A stretch of DNA of 64,000 bases from Iphione sp. A-MEVVRFRX5 (taxonomy: Eukaryota): assembly GCA_976226885.1 (NCBI GenBank), contig OZ320314.1:39432001-39496000 (forward strand). The letters run 5' to 3'. Positions within the stretch are counted from its first letter, which is position 1; every line of letters starts with the position of its first letter. Below the pieces are notes generated by a model. The model was not told the DNA's origin and did no database searches. It worked only from the letters and a program-made list of their open reading frames with translations. A program made the position numbers and the translations under genes. Positions 13,130 through 24,367 of this stretch are shown one piece after another.

Positions 13130-15283
13130 GATGTAAATGGGTGTTCACCCTCCTGGCAGTGATGGCACTCTAGATGCTGCTGGAAATCATCTTGGCCCAG
13201 AAGAATGCTCCGCTACAGTGAGGTTCTGGGCACCAGGGGGCAAACCCTTTGCTCCTGTGTATACCCTGGTGTCTCTTGAGGTTAGATCACTTGTCTGTGA
13301 CATAGCCACAGTGGTTACATAAGAGATTCACATAGGCCACGGTGTTGATGTGCAGCTGCAGCTCCGGCGACTTCGCCCTAGTGGGCAGCTCGATCTCCTT
13401 AGTCCCACTGACTCCAGCAGCTCCGCCCAACTCCACCCAACTGCTTCTTCTGTTGATGGCTCCAGTAGCTCTGCCTGTGGCTCTGGGAGCTCCAGTAGCT
13501 CCACCCTGTTCCACTCAGTCTCCTCGTTGTGTAAGTGTGGCAAGATCCACTCTCGCAAGTAACGTAGCAGACTCTGGTAGCTCCGTGTAAGATGCTGGTG
13601 AAAACAGAAAGGAGTCCAGTGATGGCTCGACTGGACTGCCAGTTCTGCTGTGATGAGCTCATATTGTTAGCACCAGCACTCCGCTACATGGTGATTGGCC
13701 GCCCTGGTCCCATGGTGTTCTCTGATTGGCCGATGCAGCAGAGAAGCAGACACCATCACTGACTCCCACCACCTCTGCACAAAGGTGCCAAAATGAATAG
13801 GGCGGTACCATCCAAGTATGAGGATCGGGTCCTCTTCTCCCTCCTGGGTAAGGGGTCCCTTCACCTTCCATCATGGTCCAGTGCACAGTGTTGACTCAGA
13901 CAATCATGTCGTCCTCTGGCAGGTTTGCAGGGTGATGCACTCTTTTCAGGAGGCCAGCATGCACCACTCATCTCTTCTGTGCCCTTCCAATGTGGTAGAC
14001 AATGGTATTGAGTTTTGTTGGCAACGTCCAAAGACCTTGCCAGCAACACTGCAATTTCGGAGGGTGCCCCCTCTTGATTGGTTTAAATAGCCACACTTTA
14101 TCTCCAATGTCAAATTCCTATGGGCATACCATGCAATCGTACCACTTCTTCTGCCTCAGTGTGGTCTGGTGCAAATGTCTCTGGGTAACTGCATGAGCAT
14201 GCACATAACATTGACATACCTACTCCATGTGCTCAGACAATGAGACAGGGTTCCCTGGGACAGCAACCACCACCAGCTTCATGGGCAGCATAGCTTCTCA
14301 TGTAGCACCAGCCAGTTAGGGGGTGACCCAGTTGTGTGATGTATGGTGGTTTGGTAGGCGGCCATCATGAACAGAATGCATTCATCCTAATCCGACTGAT
14401 CTCCTTGAAGGACCTTGGCCAGCATGCCTAGGAGAGTCTGATTGAACCATTTGAAGACTCCATCGCTCTGCAGTGATAGGAGATCGTTCTTGGCCTCTGC
14501 ACACTGAGCAGCCAAAGAAACTCCTGCATCACAGCAACCTCAAAATTCCCTGGCCTGAGTGCGGGGTGGCCCAAAGTGGCATACCACTTCTGTCAGTAGT
14601 ACCCAGGCAGTGGGGATGGTAACTCCCTCTGGCACCAGAAAGGCCCACATCCATTTAGTGAAGTGGTCAGCCACCATGATGATGCAACGATTTCCTCTGG
14701 GGGTGATGGGAAAAGAGCCAGAGATGTTCACAGCCACAATCTCACCAAGGCCCTGGTGCTGCTCGTAGCTGGAGGGGGCTTGGCATCGGTGTGCCCAGTC
14801 CTTCTGTTGAAAGGCCAGGCAGGCTTGCCCCTACTGCTCTGCGTTCCAGGCCAGACCTGGCTAGAGAACCACAACTGGAGGGCTCCTGGAGCTGCCCAGT
14901 TAAGAACACATAAGACTGGCTCCGGATGCTACTGTCCTCCTGCTGTCATTCTTGGCAGATTAGTCTATGCACCACATGCAGGCAGGGACACTCACTTTTC
15001 CACCCCAGTTGTCCTCCAATTTCAATTTTGGAGGGCCCTCTTCTGCCTTCAGTCATTACGTTAATTTGTCATCTTCCTGACGGGCTTACAATATGTCATC
15101 CGTTCCAGGAGGGGTGACACTCACAAGGGCCACCTGTCCTAGTTTCCACAATCTCCTCCTCTTCGAGTCCCGGCCACACTGATGGCACTTCATTTGGTAG
15201 AGTCCATCTGTACTCCTGTGCTGTTGCCTGGCTCAATGAATGATGTTGAGATCATAGCACTGCATCTCTTTGAGCCAGCCAAG
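13130..15283 (-). mobile_element. Second decayed Gypsy copy (RNase H end, integrase, GPY/F tail, 3' zinc-finger ORF), same family as 2290-5200
   Basis: WLKEMQCYDLNIIH, SGSFPITPRGNRCIIMVADHFTKW, KKWYD..CP and GHPPKLQCCWQGLW align by eye to the + copy. Confidence 0.88.
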
Positions 15284-15872
15284 GATGCCTCTGTGTTCTC
15301 ACACTGATGCATGTAGTCACCCGAAGGTACAGCTTGCTTTGGAGATGCAAGCATCTGTCTCATCATCAATGTTAACTTGATGAGATAGTGTGCTGCCAAG
15401 ATGGTGAAATTGTTTACACACTTTAGTGGTTCATGTCCAACAGTGATCAGGGGTTCAATATATGGCTGGCCTGGAGTTGGTTTGAAAAGGACTTCAGTCT
15501 TCTTGGTACTGATAGTAAGTTCAAAGTTAAGGCAAGCAGTAGAGAAAAGATCCATGCTGTGTTGCATATCTCTTTCATTTCTTGCATTCAGGGCACAGTC
15601 ATCAGCAAACAAGAAGTCTCTGAGGATGGTAGTGTTGGTTTTTGTCTTGGCTCTCAAGCAAGCAAGGTTGAAGAGCTTTCCAGTAGTTCTGAATCTCACT
15701 TCAAACCCTGGATCTTCTGGTTTGAAAGCATCATAAAGCATTGCAGTGAACATGCTGCTGAATAGGGTTGGTGCAAGGACACAACCCTGCTTGACACCAT
15801 TTTTGACAGCAAAAGGCTCAGAAAATTCCTTAATGTCAAGCACCCAGGCTTGCATACCATCATGGAATTCTC
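15284..15872 (-). mobile_element. RTE-clade non-LTR retrotransposon RT fragment
   Basis: SEPFAVKNGVKQGCVLAPTLFS, FEVRFRTTGKLFNL, FLFADD, FELTISTKKTEVL and LGSTLS..IDDE..ISKAS..FG are RTE/BovB-like RT motifs; truncated at both ends. Confidence 0.9.
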
Positions 15873-15895
15873 TTGTAGCTGGAGGGGGGCTTGTT

Positions 15896-16551
15896 TGTAA
15901 GATGCTCTAACTTAAAAAGTAGTGCCAAAATTTTGCCCTGCATGTTTCTAAATTCTGCTTTTTTACCTCAGAACTTATGGCAGTATTATTCTAAAAAAGA
16001 TTAAAACAAATTATGGGGATTGGGAAGAGTCTCATACACATTAGACCTCCTCCTCATGGCCGGATGTACTTTCATGTAATGTTTTATATATGTAGTGTAA
16101 CAATGAAGCTAATACGGTACAACTGAGGAAAATATCCAACTGCTCAACAAATACTAATCCAATTACTGGTGAATAATGTAGCATAGACAGGTTTTCTCTG
16201 TTTGGTCTGCTCTGTTCCACCCCGGATAAGTAACTGTGTCTTAATGAATGCTATGGCATGTGCCAGTGCAGGTATTGCACCACTCTGTTAGAGTACTCTG
16301 GTATCTATGATGGTAAGTACTGAAGTACTGGAGCAGCAAATCACAAATCAGGGCTGCATAACCCCTTATGTAACAATTACTTTATATAGTGTTATGTAGA
16401 CTTCCCTGTATATAAAGGCTGTATTTATACTGAATAAACAGGCACTCTTTCACTGCACTTTGGGAGTCCTGCACTTGGAGCAAACCAGATATTTTTGCAT
16501 GGACATTATTTTCTGTGTGGACATTACTCTTTGGACCAGGCTCACGTTATA
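15896..16551 (+). mobile_element. Probable LTR (solo or orphan 3' LTR)
   Basis: Polypurine GGAGGGGGG just upstream and a TGTAA start. TATATAAAGG (~16409) is followed by AATAAA (~16433), and the end CGTTATA resembles GTTACA. No PBS or clear TSD. Confidence 0.45.
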
Positions 16552-18251
16552 ATATCAACAAGTACCAGATTGCAGAAACTATCCTTTCTAATATTAGATA
16601 TCATTCCTGGATATACACAATTTTGGTGTGAAATTGGTCGGGACATTGTTCCATTTAGAGGAATAACCAAGTGTGTAAAGTGGGTTAAATGTGAGATCAA
16701 ATGTCTTGGCAAGGAAACAAAGAAAAACAATTAAAAACAAATTCTCAAAACTCATGAATAGGAGTGTGAAAATAATACCTACAAAAGCTTCCTCGGACAG
16801 CGAACAATGCATAAATGCTGAAATTGTGGGAAAACAAGAGGAACCTTCATGTTAGTGCATATCACATAATAATCACTATGCAAATTTTGTGAACCATTCA
16901 CTGATCACTTTTGGGGTGACAACTCCACCCACTGTCAAGTGTCATAGCCACATGCTTCTGGCATAGACGTTCTGCTGCTTCCCTAGGTCTTTTCAATAAA
17001 ACAGTCATCTTTGACCCCGTGTAACTTGGAAACTATTACATATAGACGGAAAAATACCAAAGTTAGTCTGAATCAGTTAATATATTCTCTTTATGCTGTT
17101 AAAAACAAGCATTTTTATCTGTAATATTAACAGAGATATGTAACCTTTCCATTGACTGCAATGCTAGACAGCTTTGTTTGTCTATGCTTGAATCTCATGG
17201 CCTTTTTGAATGGTGCACTCTGGTTGGTCAAATTCAACTGCCACTCAAAACAAGCAATCGGTCAATTATGCCAGTGTTGTAACATAAGGCAAATCATAAA
17301 ATAGTTGTTATAAAAGATTGTGGTATAAAAGAAATTGAAAACAACTGCACGTGAAATCGAAACTGTTGAGCTTGTACTAACATCAGAATTAAAGCCATTT
17401 TCATCTAATAGGATACCTAGATTAGCGTTTGTTTGGTAACTTTACTCACATGAATTTAATACAAAAGAAACCAACAGTAAAACTACAATGTCCCATCTTT
17501 CTTGCACACTGACACAAGAGACTCCATCTGGCCGATGGCTGGCTCCAACAATCCTTACCATCTTCTTCCCTTCTCTCCTACATGACAATACTTTAAATAT
17601 CACTATGATGTAAGGGTAAACCTATTCATCAATGCACTGTGTCCAATAGGACTCTGGTTCAAAGATTCTGTTGAAACATTAGAATTCCGCCCAGAATGAA
17701 CCAATGATAAGACTGACAAGAATAAAGAAGAATAAACACTAGGAAGGGGACCTATGAGGTCTATTGTCCCCACCAGCCATTTAATTAAGTGGAACTAATT
17801 AGTTCTGTCTGGGTGAGTAGACTATGACCTAACTTCATGTCTTGAAATCTATGAACAAACTGATTCTGTGTATGTCGGTGTGTTTGCAACCACATATTAA
17901 AACACATAAATTTGACCTTTAGATCGCTTGGAATGATACAAAATTAAGCCAGTGTCAAGAATACATATTGAGAGACACCATATATAAAAATCAGAACATT
18001 TGATGCAATAGTTTAGAAGGAGACAGACCAACAAGATCATGATGGGGTTGGATTGTCAGACAGCAGCATTCCTAAAAAAAAAAAAAGAAGTGTGGACCTC
18101 GTGACCCCCCCCCCCTCCCATCGAATACCCATTTCATGCCTGACTGAGCAGGCCTTCAAGTGGCAATCAAACAGACATGTCTAGCTGAAGGGGGTGGTGC
18201 TGGTTGGGGGCAGAAGGCTGGTATTGGTGAGTGTGTGTGTTCATGCAAGTG

Positions 18252-19569
18252 CAGGGTTCCCAGCATTTCAAGAAAACAAAATTCCCTGATTTTTCCCTGA
18301 TTTTTCCCTGATAAAGTCTCAAAATTCCATGATAATTACTTCAACTCATTTCCAGTTTCATGGTTTCTATGTTGTTGCAGTGAACTATTTGCAGTATAAA
18401 TCATCGTAATGTTAAACAAATTTTTACTATTACACAGGCATGTAATGGCCTCCCTTCTCCCCTTACAGCTATCCTTTCCTCACCTTATGCAGACAGAGGT
18501 TGATTCAAGGTAATTCAAGTACACATCATTCAATCACAGCACACTATGTAAAAGATGCCAATTTCAATACTGGTTTGCACTGGAATGTGCAAAGACGTCA
18601 AGATCTACATGTCATAGAGGGTTTAACCAGCACAACTGTATTTACAATGATACCAAAAATTAATGAATTCTCTTGGCATTTAGAACCATTTTTAAAACAT
18701 AAAAGTGTGAATGGAGAAAAATGAGGATATCAGCAAAATTCTGTACACAGACATATTTTTTTATAGTACACCATGATATCACAAGCCCACCTCAAATTTG
18801 AAAATGATGGCTGCAATGCTTCCTAGGATTAAACTGAATCAACCTCTGTTATGGAATAACCTGTGTGAACAGTATGTCCAAACTACATTGAAATATTAAC
18901 TTATAATCCTTAAACTTGAACAAGTAATGGGGGATAGATGAGCTTTCAAATTATATTTAAATCAAGTATAACTGAAAAGCAACTAAAAAGATATTTAGTG
19001 TCAAAGTCAAATTGCAGAACTTTTTTGAGGGGTTTATATTAAAATGAAGCCCAGATTGAGTTGAACTATGTGAATATTGATAGTTGCAGCTTTGGATATG
19101 TACAGAATTTTATTCCACTCAGAGACTTGAGCAGTCTTCTCCTCAAACACCATAGCTTCAGTCTGGGCATAGAGTTCAAGGTGGTATGTCTATGGTCTGG
19201 GCCACAATCTCCAGTTTTTCATGATGCTGTTAAGGAGAAGCAGCTCTGGAGGCAAGGGACACTACTTCCTTTTGGCTTTTCAGTGTACACAATCATGTTT
19301 AAAGTTAGAGGCCTTATTTAGGTGAGGCTACTTGTACTACAGTCAAAGAGGCTATACTAAAAAACCACTATAGCCAGTCATCCAATGGATGTTGTTTTGA
19401 TGTACAACAAAATATAAGAGGTTGACTAACCACTTTTTACTTTGGGGCCAATCAAATTTCCCTGATGTTTCCCTGATTTGAGGCATTTTTATCAAATTCC
19501 CTGATTTTTCCCTGACTGGAAAAGAGTAAAATAATTTTCCCTGATTTCCCTGATGGGCTGGGAACCCTG
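18252..19569. mobile_element. Non-autonomous hAT-like DNA transposon with 5-bp TSD
   Basis: 13-bp TIR CAGGGTTCCCAGC, subterminal TTCCCTGA arrays at both ends, and AAGTG duplicated on both sides. Confidence 0.85.
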
Positions 19570-19879
19570 AAGTGTATTGCCAGACCTAGAAATCCCTGAA
19601 CCAGGTATTTATGTTTGTGGGTGTGTTAGCAAAGGAGAAAATTGGCATAATTTCAACGCTTAGAATACTTGAATAATGACCAAAATTACCCAGTGCCATG
19701 GCTCCATGTACATACATACCAGATATTAAAATAAGTTTATTTGAAGGCCCTTGACTACAGTTATTGTGTTGACCTGGTCTAATATAATAATTTATTTCAG
19801 ATGGACTGTTATTGAGAATTGTTATTAGCTACCTGTGATTCACAAAACAAGACATCAAGCTTTTCCAGGACTTTCATGT

Positions 19880-20125
19880 TTTTTATTGGACTTTTGAATA
19901 TTACATTTCTCACTTACTATTTACCTTTGACCAATGACACATACATTCCATTTTAACCTCGAGACTGTGATTTCATAACTATATAAGGAGGAGTTTTCTT
20001 GCATTCAATCACAATTGCCTGATGAAGGCCTATTAGCAGGCCGAAAGCTCACGTTACATTCAACATGGAACAATAAAGCAGAAGTTTTTATCAAGGAGAT
20101 TGTGGTTTTTCTTTACAACATTCGT
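19880..20125 (+). mobile_element. Penelope-like pseudo-LTR relic with hammerhead-like motif
   Basis: Arrangement CCAAT, TATATAA, CTGATGAAGGCC..GGCCGAAAGCT, AATAAA typical of Penelope-like element ends; no RT visible. Confidence 0.5.
20015..20055 (+). ncRNA. Minimal hammerhead-ribozyme-like motif (probably degenerate)
   Basis: CUGAUGA, an extra A, 5-bp stem II GGCCU/AGGCC, GAAA and palindromic AGCU-C; stem I only partly paired. Confidence 0.45.
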
Positions 20126-22831
20126 TTATTTGAAGGGTTTAAGAGTTGAGGCACACAAGAGTGTAATGGTAAGTCGGACAGTCAGCCAGCGGCATTCCTA
20201 AGGTTCCCTTCTCTCCATGAGGTGGGGGACAAGAGTGTGGACCTACAAGGTCTATTGTCCCCCACCATCAAGTGCCATTTTATGCCTGATTAGATTGTGG
20301 TGGTGGTGGTGGTGGTGGTGGGGGGGGGGGCATTGCCAGATATAGCCCTTGGCAGTCATTCCTGCCCCAGTAGCTACAAGGGGTTGTTGGTAGAAAGAGG
20401 GTTGGGGGTAATTGGTAATAGTGTGGGCGTATGTGTGTATAAGTATATTGTCAGACTAAGAAATCCCCAAACAAGGTATGTACGTTAGTGGGTATGTTAG
20501 TAAAGGAGTAACATGGTGAAATTTCACCTTTAGGATACTTACATTATTACCAAAATTACCAAGTGCCATGGCTCAATAAATATCTAAATATTATATATTG
20601 GTGTGCGGAGCAGTAATTTACTCTGCACTGAGTTACTCAGCATGCTGAACATGTAAGTTTACTCCTCATGATAGCTCCGCATGTGATGGTTGTGTATAAA
20701 AGCAAGTGCATGCAGAGTTATCCTCAGTTGCGTTCTTACCTCTCAGGAATAAACATCTAAACTTTACTTGGGAATTTGCCTCCAGTATGCTAAGGTCTGG
20801 CCATAACAATATAAAAATCAGTTGATTTGACTGAAGGGTTTAAGAGTTGTATGGCCCAAAAGAGTGTGATGGAAGGTCAGTCAGTCACTCAGCAACATTC
20901 CTAAGGTCCCCCGCTCTCTATGAGGTGGGGGACAAAAACAGAATCATAATGGAGAATATAAAAAAATTGAGGTTTTGGCTTAATGGTCGAAATCAAGTTG
21001 ATACCTGAACTAGGGGACTCTAAACAACACATATCCCTCTCATGACACCAATCTTTACACCTGTCATGCTCCAAGATCAGTTTCTCTCTATATTCAGGAA
21101 AGAAAAAACAACCTATTCTTGCACAGACACAAATTTACAAGATTCTTAACAAACCTCATTACGTAATGAATGTATGTGGCCAAGTTTCATTGTATATTCA
21201 TTGTTTACCTACATGTTTCCCTACTCTCAAACAAAGGATTCTGCAAAAGATATAGACTAGCACATTTTTTATTGAGGAAAGTATACAGCATCCATGCCAA
21301 ACTTTACAATTGTCCATATGGGTGAGTATCATATGTAACTTCCAGTTCATTTCACCGCAAGGAATTGAAGTTGGAAGATCCACAAGGTTGTGACAGAAGG
21401 TCAGATGGTCTGATAGCAGTGCTCCCAAGGTTCCCACTCTTCCCAGAAGTGAGGGGCACAAATGGGGAATGGGTCCTGGATGACACTACCTTGGGTAAAT
21501 TGGGGTATAAGTTTGTGTTCAGGGTATAGAATAGTTTGCATCAAGACACACTTGTGCAACTGACTGGTCACGTGCATCATATTTACACTGTGTGGTGAAT
21601 AATGTCACAATGAAGTTATTTTGATCAGTATGGACGAAGTTGAGGTTTTGTGCCCTGTGGGTGCTACCTTGAGAGTGAAGCTGAATGCTTCCAAACCACT
21701 GTGGTTGCTAAGGAAGCATGTGGTTCCATGGTATAATGACATCACAATGGCAATACCACCTGATTGCCTGCGGGATGACTGAAATACAATATTTCATGTC
21801 TAATTTCAGGACTGTTGTGTCCATGGTGAAGATAATCAAGGTTTCGCTAAGTTAAGCTCATCAGGCACCTTTTGCAGGGTAGTCAAGGCATTCAACAATT
21901 GTTGATATATTGAAACTGTTCCAATATGTGTCATATTGTACAGTATGGCACCTTTCACAAAAATGGTATTATTTACCACCACAGACATTGATGAATAACA
22001 ATTTCACAGGTCATAAAATGAAGTTGTTTTGACACATGACGCCGACAGCTTAAAAACTGTCCCCGTAAATGGTAAAAGTTGTAATTGTAAGTTTCTCCCA
22101 TTGTTATACAAGCAGCAAATTGCTGACTCGCACCATGGTTTCTTTGCTGATTAAAATGTTCATAATACTACCTTTTCTCATTGGAATTATTTCATTTATG
22201 CAAAATTCTATGTTTGTGTGAAATTTGAGGACGATCCACAAACTTACAAGTACGAAGGTTACATTCCTTGAAAAGATGCAAACTGTTATAGTTCAAGCCA
22301 TTGATGAGGCAAGTTGGTTAAGGCATAAATCACTTGTGTTCATTGTGAGGCAGGCTCTTAAAAATGAGTACATCAAAGAACAGTACTCTTGCTAGTTTTT
22401 TTTCTTAACGAAAATACACATACACATCTTAAGACATCGAGAAGCACAATCACAAATATGAAAAACGCTCAGACTTGTGCACCTTGAAAATAGTAGTCTA
22501 CCCATAAATACACAGGTAACAGAGATTTCATCAACAAATGTCAGAAACATTATATGAATTTAAAAAAAGTTCATAGTGCGAAAGTATGTTTCCATATCCT
22601 GAATCACAGGTCATTCAATACGGCAACTTTTTCCTTTGTCAATGCCCAATGTCTCATCAGGTATAACAATCAATGAATAACCTCCAATACCCCAAATTGT
22701 CAGCTTATCGGGTGCAGGATCTAGTGAGTTGCTCAACATATCCTAAATTCGTCATGAAGACTTCCATAGAAGAGGAGTGCCCCTTTACTACTGTAGGGGA
22801 GATGACTCTACCTTAGTTTTTCGGTAATTAA

Positions 22832-23121
22832 CCCATTCAGGACAGGATGCATCCTTAAGAATACACCTCCACAAGATGGCATGCATCCTTAAGGATACAC
22901 CGATCCAGGACGCCGTGTATCCTTAAGGAGACATGCTGCATACACATTACACACAAAAAACACATGAAATACATGAATAATACATGAAAATGTGTGTAAT
23001 AGACCTGTCTGTATGTGTATTCTGGTGTGTGTTTTCATGTATTGTGCATGTATTTCACATGTTTTTTGCATGTAACATGTTTTAGGCATGTATCCTTAAG
23101 GATACACGTAGTCCTGATGGG
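22832..23121. mobile_element. piggyBac-like MITE / foldback with internal palindromes
   Basis: TTAA|CCCATTCAGGAC ... GTCCTGA-TGGG|TCA termini, an internal ~190-bp imperfect inverted repeat and four GTATCCTTAAGGATAC-like palindromes. Confidence 0.6.
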
Positions 23122-24208
23122 TCAGCATGTCAAAACCCATGCCATCCCGAAGGGCAACAATAAGAAACAGGGGGCTGTCCTCAATGAGTTAAGACACCCT
23201 GATTGGTAGGGTTGTATGTTCCAACTTGTTACTTTGTAACGGGCTCAGAGTCCTTGCAGGCGCAGCCTGATATCAGATGCAGTGGCATGGGGCCTGCCCC
23301 ATGGCGGATCACTGCTTAGTGTCCACTGCCAAAGGCTACCTACCTTTCCTCAGAAAGGGCATGGCTAGCCTACGGCAACAGCACACACAACAGGGGTGTG
23401 GAGTCCTACTGTGTGTGGCTCAGGCCTCGGGCCCCGCAGCGCACCTACCAGTTAGGAACAGTGGCGTGGGACACAACCCCAAGGCAGTACACTACCTGGC
23501 AAGATAGTAGTCTAGGTGTTCGAAGCCTTGCAAGAGGTGACAACACATATAACTGGAGTATTGAGCTCTTAACTTGTACAGCTTGGGACTAGTCCCACGG
23601 TAGCACACCACCACAACCGGGCCCAGTGGCGAGGGGAGTCCATCTTTCCTCGCCACTAGTTGTTCTGAATCTGGAGAGGATACTTTGACAGCTGGTGCAG
23701 CTTGGTGTAACATTTATGGCAGCTCACCACAATGGTCACAGACACTTGGGACAACAACTCCATGATAGTGTCCTGCGTGACCTGCTAAATGCTTCCCCTC
23801 TCAGACCCAGCACTCCTCACCACAGCTCTACGGATCCTAAAGGCTGAGTGACACAACTTATGTGTACTAGTATACTACACACGGAGCCAGAACCTCTAAC
23901 TCAGAATTGGGCTGTCTAATCAGCAAAGCCCTGCAGTCTCCAATACTGCAAACTTCAACGATTAATGATTCACGATTAAGAAAATACAGGACAGAGCAAC
24001 CTACGGGGTGGAGGAGAGATAAGTGTGCACCTTTCCCTTTACCCTAACAGGCCTTTCTCATTGACTGGGCAGGATGAGCTGAGGCCTTGTTGGTGGGATA
24101 GTCCCTTCTTACCATCTGTGCCGAGCTAAGGCCAGCTCCCTTGTGTTGCCAATAGTCTTCTAGGATCTAAGTCTCCCCTCAGTGGTTGTACTGTGACACC
24201 AATGAGCT

Positions 24209-24367
24209 GATCGCCAGCCGTCAAAGAAACGGGTAGCGCGGACGTAACTTTTACATTTTATTACGTCATGACGGGAATCGACCAATGGGATGGCTTAAAA
24301 TTGCGACAATGTCGCAATTTCGTAAAAGTTCCGTCCGCGCTACCCGTTTCTTTCGCGGCTGGCGATC
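24209..24367. mobile_element. 159-bp MITE with long, nearly perfect TIRs
   Basis: GATCGCCAGCCG..AAAGAAACGGGTAGCGCGGACG.AACTTTTAC is mirrored at the right end. Confidence 0.8.
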
